Both the position numbers and the translations under genes were made by a program. This document shows positions 27,551 to 33,721 of a stretch of 33,721 nt of DNA, one piece after another (position 1 is the first letter of the stretch; every line of letters starts with the position of its first letter). This stretch comes from a virus (Duplodnaviria; Caudoviricetes), in IMG/VR virus record IMGVR_UViG_3300031811_000004, positions 1-33,721 of that record. One strand, 5' to 3'. The notes under the pieces were generated by a model. The model ran no database searches, had not been told where the DNA came from, and saw only the letters and a list, made by a program, of their open reading frames with translations.

Positions 27551-28000
27551 TTAGTAACGACCTCCTTTGGCGAGCTTCTTCATTACCCATGTGCTAATTT
27601 CGTCAGGAAGCTCTTGTACCAACTGTATTAGCACATCAAAATCTTTCTCATTCAGTGGCCCTTTTCTTGCATTACATGCTTTACATATTAACTGCAGATT
27701 GTCTTTCGTAGATGCTCCACCTTTAACAAGTGGTATGATATGGTCACAAGCTATATTTCTAAATGTTAGTGGCTTCTCACAGTATCTACAATTCTTACCA
27801 TACGCATCATAGAACATTTGTCGTATGTCATTCTTTTCTATATCGAAGACTACGTTTGCTTCTTCACTTCGTTTTCTCAAGCTGCTGACCAAGGTACTCA
27901 TCTTAGCGGACAGCTTTCTATATGCTTTTTCCCAGAATGTACGATGTACAGGATGTAATACTTCCTTAAAGTCCAGTTTTGTTATTAAAACCTTTTTCAC
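27551..28000 (-). CDS. HNH endonuclease
   Basis: CRYC...DHIIPLVKGG....DNLQLICKACNARKG. Confidence 0.9.
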   Translation of the reverse strand: MKKVLITKLDFKEVLHPVHRTFWEKAYRKLSAKMSTLVSSLRKRSEEANVVFDIEKNDIRQMFYDAYGKNCRYCEKPLTFRNIACDHIIPLVKGGASTKDNLQLICKACNARKGPLNEKDFDVLIQLVQELPDEISTWVMKKLAKGGRY

Positions 28001-28274
28001 TCAACTGTTCCATTCGTTTCCAAGCTGGGCCACCCTTCTCTATCTTACCAATTCTCTCCATCCACTTATAAAACATTATTATTGTTTGGCAGTTAATATT
28101 ATCAGGATGAAAGGTATAGTCTGACCTCGGATTAAAAGAATACGAAGTCCCAAGATTCTGAAAACTTTTATCGTTTTTAGAGATTCCATAGTCATGCCCT
28201 TTTTCTGGCGCACGGGGGGCAGTTGATTCTTCGTTTACCAATGGTCGGGAAGTCTTCGTAGTATAAACATCCAC
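27966..28274 (-). CDS. Hypothetical protein (start uncertain, probably shorter)
   Basis: The C-terminal part (IIMFYKWMERIGKIEKGGPAWKRMEQL) looks protein-like. The 5' part overlaps the upstream gene and an alternative 38-aa ORF (28195-28079). Confidence 0.4.
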   Translation of the reverse strand: MDVYTTKTSRPLVNEESTAPRAPEKGHDYGISKNDKSFQNLGTSYSFNPRSDYTFHPDNINCQTIIMFYKWMERIGKIEKGGPAWKRMEQLSEKGFNNKTGL

Positions 28275-28545
28275 TTAAGTTAATAGTTTTTCGAACTTTT
28301 TCCCAGCACTTATGACATCTTTCACAGAAATTTATTCTATATTGACTTGATTTCTTCTCTCCAGCGTGTACATTGTCCATTAATGTCTTTTGTAGACTGT
28401 CAGCACTTACTCCTGTTCCTTGTGGTCTAAATAACCAGTTCCATTCTTCCCAAAAGTCTTCATTATCACAACCTTCACGCTTCACTGTTCTTGGCCTGCC
28501 CGGACTCTTACCGGCGTGACCTCCCATTTTATTAAATGCTCCCAT
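28192..28545 (-). CDS. Zn-finger-like hypothetical protein
   Basis: Strong SD AAAAGGAGG; FCERC..CWE ... CPPC. Confidence 0.7.
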   Translation of the reverse strand: MGAFNKMGGHAGKSPGRPRTVKREGCDNEDFWEEWNWLFRPQGTGVSADSLQKTLMDNVHAGEKKSSQYRINFCERCHKCWEKVRKTINLSGCLYYEDFPTIGKRRINCPPCARKRA

Positions 28546-28561
28546 AGTTCCTCCTTTTATC

Positions 28562-28602
28562 GGGCTTGACCGACCTCCTTTTGGGAAAGTCGGTCTTCGC
28601 CC
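28562..28602 (-). promoter_or_regulatory. Intergenic RNA stem-loop containing a second SD-like copy
   Basis: Minus strand: GGGC-gaa-GACCGAC-tTTCC-caaaa-GGAG-GTCGGTC-aa-GCCC. Confidence 0.55.
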
Positions 28603-28638
28603 TCATTCCTTAGTCACACTTGATACAACCCCTATTGT

Positions 28639-28857
28639 TCATATCAATTTCGACAAGGAGTATTCTGCATAACGATTCCCTGTATGACTCTCAATTCTAT
28701 TTGTCTTTATCGGATGTCCCTTTTTACGTAATGTATGTATCACTGCCGCAAGTCGGAAGCACCCACAACGATTTAAAGCCATCATTGGTGTTACTTTAAC
28801 CCCGTCTTTCAATAGTTCTAAAATTACTAACTCTTGGCTAGTTGAACGTCTTGGCAT
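28639..28857 (-). CDS. Winged helix-turn-helix DNA-binding protein
   Basis: SQ...IL..L..G..VTP..AL...GCFRLAA.I..LR..G..I.T......YAEY.L; SD AAAGGA. Confidence 0.8.
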   Translation of the reverse strand: MPRRSTSQELVILELLKDGVKVTPMMALNRCGCFRLAAVIHTLRKKGHPIKTNRIESHTGNRYAEYSLSKLI

Positions 28858-29063
28858 AGGTTCCTTTCTGCTATGACTAAATGTAAATGTGTAGAGAACT
28901 TGTAAATACTTATTGAAATATCTATTGCCTTGCTTTCATATGTTTCCTGATTGTAATCCATTTCATTTGTTTCAAGATATATAACACATAGTTGAAACAT
29001 CTTGAGAAATGTTATGGCACAGCCAGATGGCATTAAGAATATATCTAGTAACCAACTCATCAC
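28827..29063 (-). CDS. Hypothetical protein
   Basis: ATGA overlap with the upstream stop, SD AAGGAGG, fills the gap. Confidence 0.5.
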   Translation of the reverse strand: MMSWLLDIFLMPSGCAITFLKMFQLCVIYLETNEMDYNQETYESKAIDISISIYKFSTHLHLVIAERNLCQDVQLAKS

Positions 29064-29593
29064 GACCTCCTTATCCTTTTTATTCGATTGATAGTAAGGC
29101 CGGGTACTTTGGCACCTGTAGTAAGTATCTTCTTGGCTTTAATCTTGTCTATCGACTCTGTCATCGTCACCTTCTTGAAATCATCTGGAACTTCATCTTC
29201 ATCCAAGACAATGGTTGGCCCCCAAGTTTCATACAACTTATACCTTGCGGTATCAGTTTCGAAAACACCGTTCTCATCCCCCAATTCTTCTACTACCATT
29301 GGTATTAAAGAAGTATTGAAATAATCTTTTAAGCTTTGAACAGCTTTCCGTCTTACTTTTAATCTAGTTTCTTCAGTTTTGAGAGCTTCAATTTCAGCAT
29401 CAATTAGATGTTCACGTCTACTTAATTCAACCATGAAATAGTCGATACCATCGACCTTCTTTCTAATTGTACCTCTAACTGCGTCTATTTTTGACAACAT
29501 TTCGCCGACATCTTCGTCTTCTGTGGTGTACTGAGCCTGTATCTCAAGGTCAATATACTCGCCTAAGAGCTCCTTAGTCGTCTTTTTTGTCAT
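29060..29593 (-). CDS. Siphovirus gp157-like protein
   Basis: Coiled coil (KKVDGI...IDAEIEALK.E..RLK.R.K....LKDY) plus the C-terminal V.D...VP..F......IDK......L..G..VPG motif. This family commonly accompanies Sak4. Confidence 0.75.
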   Translation of the reverse strand: MTKKTTKELLGEYIDLEIQAQYTTEDEDVGEMLSKIDAVRGTIRKKVDGIDYFMVELSRREHLIDAEIEALKTEETRLKVRRKAVQSLKDYFNTSLIPMVVEELGDENGVFETDTARYKLYETWGPTIVLDEDEVPDDFKKVTMTESIDKIKAKKILTTGAKVPGLTINRIKRIRRS

Positions 29594-29726
29594 AATTATG
29601 ACTCTCCTTTTCTAAGATATATTCACATTGTCTCTTTAAAGACCTTTTTTGTTGTGAAGCTATCTCAATGAGACCGAGTTTGACTGCTGTGTCTACCTCG
29701 ACCTTAATGATGTGTTTTACTTTCAT
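29574..29726 (-). CDS. Ribbon-helix-helix (Arc-like) DNA-binding protein
   Basis: ATG 29726 overlaps the primase stop (ATGA). MKVKHIIKVEVDTAVKLGLIEIASQQKRSLKRQCEYIL fits a beta-strand plus A....RS helix pattern. Confidence 0.65.
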   Translation of the reverse strand: MKVKHIIKVEVDTAVKLGLIEIASQQKRSLKRQCEYILEKESHNYDKKDD

Positions 29727-31519
29727 GCTAATCCAATCCCTTCGGTTATAGGTAAGCGGAAAGATGGACGCCATTCTATGTCTACTTCGAATAGGTCTCC
29801 ATCAGAATTCTTGAATATTGAGACTGTCTTACCTTTCTCATCTTGCCTACCGTTAATACCAATTACTTTTCTTGATGCATTCTCTATAGCACCACTGCCC
29901 TTACCAGCATAAATATCAAGTACTTCATTTCTACTATAATCTCTCGATACTTGAGAAATTTGTATAATGATAATATCCATATTTACAGCCAGATTAGACA
30001 AAAAGTGACTGATATAGCGAATCTGTTCATATTCACCCCTGATGTTTCTAGGAGTTTCTAGTAAATCAATATAGTCAATGACTACTACAGTAGGTTGAAG
30101 TTCAGCAATCTTTTGTTGAATCATCTCTGGTGTAGCAGACACAGTTTGAACATTTATGTGTTTCACGTAATCTTTAAAAGTTTCACCTATGTAAGCGTGA
30201 TTTCGTGTAACATGTTCTTTGTCCATACCACTTACTATTTGAAGATGTCTTCTGTGCAAATACCAACCACTTAATTCAAGAGAGAGATACAAAGTAGGTT
30301 GTGTCCATTCTCTTCTGATACAATCTTCTTTAAAGTCATAACCTAATATTATGTTTTGAGCTAAAGTAGTTTTGTTACTACCTGTTGGCCCAAAGATTGT
30401 AGCTAATTCACCGGGATATATCACACAGTCCTTATCATTCAGTCCGAACATCTTTGCTAAGTCAATTACTCTTCCACTATAATCTGTTTCTAATCTCTCT
30501 GTTAAGTCTTTCTGTAACTCTTGAGCACCTTTGACTTCGACTAGATAGTCTTTGTTCTTATAATAAACACATCTTGGTTCGCATACGGACGCTAATATTG
30601 TATCGTTACAACCATATTTATATCCATAGTTATATGTTGATTCGACCTTTTCAATAACTACTTGGTTATTTAATTGATTGTCATTCCAATGCAATATCGC
30701 CGCTTTAGCCGCCTCACTAGGTACACCATGTCTGCAATAGTGCGAAGCCATTCGCAAAATGGTGTTGTTTCTGTTACCTTGTACAGGCCCACGTTTCCAT
30801 AGCGTTTGTAAACAAGAGACCACGTTACGTGGCTCTACTATGCTTTTCATGTCCCTGACTTCAGGTACTTCGTCTCTAATAAGACCAATTAGATTACCTT
30901 CACCCCACAACTCTGCTATACCGAAATCTAGTCTTCTGTTAGAAGCTAGTTTTTGTATATCTTCAACCTTTAAAGACATTATCTCTGTTCGAGTCAATGG
31001 TACTTTAAATAATTGAGATTTAACATTCATTGTATGAGGAAGGCGTATCAAAGCAGTTCTTGAATAGACACTGGCATCAAATACTACGTCTATATCAAAA
31101 TTTGCTATTGTTTCTTTTACGATGTAAGGTAAATCAGGTGAGGCTTCAAAGCCGAAACACATTTCACTTATGCAGATATGATACCCTGTTCCAGAATAAT
31201 AACATTGAAAGTTACCATCCTTTAAATCCATAGCGTCTTCTAGGTATTTTACTACTGCTTGAGCTTGTTGTAATGTGTATTCATCTGTGTTTTGTCCTTT
31301 GTCAATATCTATAGGTATTTCATCTGCATATCTAGTCCCTAAGAAATTCTTAATACTGCCACTTCTCTTGACAAAGTCGACGGCTTCTTCATTGTACATG
31401 TATACACTTCTGAAGACTGCCTGATTAGCACCATGTTCGTAAACCATGTCCCATAGTTCTTCTAATGGAACGAGAGTCCCCCGTTTAGAGGGACTCCCGA
31501 TAGCTATCTCTACGTACAT
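29723..31519 (-). CDS. Primase-helicase: AEP primase/polymerase, PriL/PriCT-like domain and SF4 (DnaB-like) helicase
   Basis: AEP motifs IDID, YSGTGYH, D.SVY.R...IRLP.T.N.KS; middle GNRNN domain with 4 Cys; helicase GPTGSNKT, VVIDYIDLL, ISQVSR, GSGAIE. Confidence 0.85.
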   Translation of the reverse strand: MYVEIAIGSPSKRGTLVPLEELWDMVYEHGANQAVFRSVYMYNEEAVDFVKRSGSIKNFLGTRYADEIPIDIDKGQNTDEYTLQQAQAVVKYLEDAMDLKDGNFQCYYSGTGYHICISEMCFGFEASPDLPYIVKETIANFDIDVVFDASVYSRTALIRLPHTMNVKSQLFKVPLTRTEIMSLKVEDIQKLASNRRLDFGIAELWGEGNLIGLIRDEVPEVRDMKSIVEPRNVVSCLQTLWKRGPVQGNRNNTILRMASHYCRHGVPSEAAKAAILHWNDNQLNNQVVIEKVESTYNYGYKYGCNDTILASVCEPRCVYYKNKDYLVEVKGAQELQKDLTERLETDYSGRVIDLAKMFGLNDKDCVIYPGELATIFGPTGSNKTTLAQNIILGYDFKEDCIRREWTQPTLYLSLELSGWYLHRRHLQIVSGMDKEHVTRNHAYIGETFKDYVKHINVQTVSATPEMIQQKIAELQPTVVVIDYIDLLETPRNIRGEYEQIRYISHFLSNLAVNMDIIIIQISQVSRDYSRNEVLDIYAGKGSGAIENASRKVIGINGRQDEKGKTVSIFKNSDGDLFEVDIEWRPSFRLPITEGIGLA

Positions 31520-32140
31520 TTAGAACGTAGTTTGGGAATTTACTTCACCTTCGCCATTAGAAACTGGCGTGGCTGTTGGTTTCCCATCCCATTCCCGGAG
31601 TAGACCTTTAGACTTTATGAATGCTATATAGCCTTCTAAGTCCTTCATGCCTGCCGCCGTATTTGGGGTAAGTTTTGGATATACCGTAGTGTATGACTTA
31701 CTGGGGTCTTTCTTACTGACCTCTTTATAGACATACGCATAGTATTCAAACTTAGGTACTAATGGATTAGTGGAATGATTGTCCTCAAGATATTTACAGA
31801 GGTCTTTTATCTCTCCACCATCTTTATCTACCCAGTTACCCTGTACATCCGGGCCTCCTTCAAAGCCTACTACATCAAACAACCAATATAGTCGCTTGAG
31901 TAATGTACATGATTTGATATTGCCATTAGCCTCTTTATCGTATGACCCTGCAACTTTTAATTCCGTTGCATACTGTGAGCCATCAATTTGTAGAGTCACA
32001 GAAATGAAAACATCTGCCCAGCTATATAGATGAGATTTGCTTTCATAACCCATGATTGCTACTGGAAGGAAACCTAGAAATCTACTTCCACCGTCCTTGG
32101 TGGCCTCTAGGTCTGTTGGACGAAAACGAGTATCACTCAT
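31520..32140 (-). CDS. Putative single-stranded DNA-binding protein
   Basis: Lies between the AAA ATPase and the primase; beta-rich OB-like core with a flexible tail ending in an aromatic residue. Mainly a positional inference. Confidence 0.45.
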   Translation of the reverse strand: MSDTRFRPTDLEATKDGGSRFLGFLPVAIMGYESKSHLYSWADVFISVTLQIDGSQYATELKVAGSYDKEANGNIKSCTLLKRLYWLFDVVGFEGGPDVQGNWVDKDGGEIKDLCKYLEDNHSTNPLVPKFEYYAYVYKEVSKKDPSKSYTTVYPKLTPNTAAGMKDLEGYIAFIKSKGLLREWDGKPTATPVSNGEGEVNSQTTF

Positions 32141-33013
32141 TTACACCTCCTTGTAGTTTAGGATTTCATTACACACTGTTTCATAATCAAAGAGCATAAC
32201 CTTTTGCGCTAGAGGTTTAAGTCTAGAGCCTACGATTCTTTCATCATATGCTTCAAAAGAAACATAGAATTTGCCATCATCCTTATTAGCAGTAGTGTAA
32301 CCTATGACATCAGCTTTGGCGGCTAATGAGTAGCCAAGCCCTCTCGGGAGTTCCGGCCCTAATTGCGCCTTACCATCTGTCACAACAGTTGTTTTTGAAT
32401 GTGAAACCAATATAAGATTCCCACCCTTCTTTTTACAGAGGGTTTGAAATCTCTTAATTACATCAATGTTCTTCCGACGAGCTTTACCCCAATCTGCGCC
32501 CCATTGACCTTCTCCCATTGCTGAGATACCCAGTTCTTCACATACTATGGCTTCAATCCATGTGTTGACCTGTCCAATAGTATCAATTACTATTGTATCG
32601 TAAGGTAATGTATCCCAATCAGTATTTAACCAATTATACACCTCAATAAGAGAGTATGCTTCACAAGGTTCACCCTTGTTATCACCTGTCCTATGAGTAT
32701 AACCTCGTTCTAACGGTGGGATTAATTCACTCTGCGTTATACCATTCTTTGTCACCTTCTTACCTTCATGTAGTAAAGGTCTATTAGGTGGGTTTAAAGA
32801 AGTAATGGTAATAGCATTTGCGCCATCTACGAAATCTGAACCTAAGTCCGTATCTAATAGAAGTACGCCTTCACTGCCTTTCTCACTCCATCTTGAAGTA
32901 GCAGTGGTCTTACCTGTCTTAGGTTGCCCTATAAACAGATAAGTCAGACCGGCTGGCATTGCCTTCCAATCTGTCGATACCGTTCGCACGGCTATCTTTG
33001 GTTGCATCAGCAT
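32141..33013 (-). CDS. AAA_24/Sak4-like ATPase (single-strand annealing protein)
   Basis: Walker A GQPKTGKT, LLDTD.G, Walker B TIVIDT, G.DWG, LILVSH, ADVIGY. The likely start is ATG 33007. Confidence 0.85.
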   Translation of the reverse strand: MLMQPKIAVRTVSTDWKAMPAGLTYLFIGQPKTGKTTATSRWSEKGSEGVLLLDTDLGSDFVDGANAITITSLNPPNRPLLHEGKKVTKNGITQSELIPPLERGYTHRTGDNKGEPCEAYSLIEVYNWLNTDWDTLPYDTIVIDTIGQVNTWIEAIVCEELGISAMGEGQWGADWGKARRKNIDVIKRFQTLCKKKGGNLILVSHSKTTVVTDGKAQLGPELPRGLGYSLAAKADVIGYTTANKDDGKFYVSFEAYDERIVGSRLKPLAQKVMLFDYETVCNEILNYKEV

Positions 33014-33719
33014 CTCCTTGTTTTATAGTTGGTACTATTAAGTTACCAAATTCGACCTCATTTGGGGTCAGGCTAGCCCTAATATAGTCATAAAACGCCA
33101 AATTTGCTATGACGTTGTAGACCTGAGCTACCCCATATGACACTATATGTTGTGTTGCAAAAACAGTATGTCTCATACTACACGGTTCTGGTGTCATATC
33201 TGCTGTTGGCATCCATGATTCCATGTAATTATCATGTCTAGGTACTACCGTTATCATCTCTGTCACTGTGGCCCCCATGCGTAAATCTATTAAGAACGCA
33301 TCATTAAATTGTTCACGTGGATGTATGTTCTTCAGTTCCTTCTTCCATCTTTCGTAAACCATCTTCCTTGATTCCATATCATCAGTACAGACTATCATAT
33401 TAGGAAGTATTGGAGTGCCTCTATCGTAATGGTCTTCTGGAAGGAAGGTCTGCCAATGTTCAGAATACTGCTTATGTAAATTATGAGCAGCTTGTGATTT
33501 TGCATTCCCTACTTCATGAAGAGGATATGCTGTTGAGCTAAAGTTATGCTCTTCAACATTGTCACTATCGTATCCGATAATGGTTTTCCATCCCATTATA
33601 CTAAGTGATTGTACTAGAAAAGAACCAATGCCCCCTAAACCTACAATGCCTATTTCAGACAACTTATTTAAAGGGATAAGGTCTTTGTTACGTAAGAATC
33701 TAGTTTTCATTTTAGTCAT
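32919..33719 (-). CDS. ThiF/MoeB/E1-like adenylyltransferase
   Basis: VGLGGIGS, YDSDNVEEHN, G..K, CTDDMESR, IDLRMG, and a C-terminal EPC (candidate active Cys). Confidence 0.85.
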   Translation of the reverse strand: MTKMKTRFLRNKDLIPLNKLSEIGIVGLGGIGSFLVQSLSIMGWKTIIGYDSDNVEEHNFSSTAYPLHEVGNAKSQAAHNLHKQYSEHWQTFLPEDHYDRGTPILPNMIVCTDDMESRKMVYERWKKELKNIHPREQFNDAFLIDLRMGATVTEMITVVPRHDNYMESWMPTADMTPEPCSMRHTVFATQHIVSYGVAQVYNVIANLAFYDYIRASLTPNEVEFGNLIVPTIKQGDADATKDSRANGIDRLEGNASRSDLSVYRAT

Positions 33720-33721
33720 TA

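Noticed and set aside
27551-28000. HNH gene as a mobile intron or intein-associated homing element
   Set aside because: It is free-standing and coupled within the operon, and no interrupted host gene or intron structure is visible.
27087-32033. Short plus-strand ORFs opposite the replication operon
   Set aside because: Antisense shadows of motif-supported minus-strand genes.
31517-32143. AAA, SSB and primase genes abut in the same frame (TAA-ATG twice), suggesting a polyprotein
   Set aside because: TAA is rarely read through and an SD precedes 32140; translational coupling explains the layout.

Overview
A 33.7 kb, gene-dense, AT-rich fragment of a dsDNA tailed bacteriophage, probably podovirus-like, using the standard genetic code. 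It has two convergent blocks. The + strand (1-26494) is a late/virion block: the end of a Thr-rich repeat protein, a KpsS/Capsule_synth-like protein, a lysis cassette (small membrane proteins plus a GH108 endolysin), a metallophosphoesterase, a large tail/nozzle-like protein, several Gly/Ala-rich putative ejection proteins, a 2886-aa protein with the catalytic motifs of a single-chain two-barrel RNA polymerase (probable virion RNAP), and a 2OG-oxygenase/glycosyltransferase/FkbM methyltransferase cluster. The - strand (33719-26534) is an early/replication block: ThiF/E1-like adenylyltransferase, Sak4-like AAA ATPase, putative SSB, AEP primase/PriL-like/SF4 helicase fusion, gp157-like protein, HTH and RHH proteins, and an HNH nuclease, ending in an intrinsic terminator. 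Other signals: strong Shine-Dalgarno use (argues against a Bacteroidota host despite the crAss-like RNAP), apparent avoidance of GATC and CCWGG, several probable AUA starts, a possible +1 frameshift joining two tail ORFs, and a repeated [MY][AQ]xGG motif in the cargo proteins. All family calls come from motif recognition by eye; no database searches were run. I saw no tRNA, rRNA, CRISPR array or integrase.
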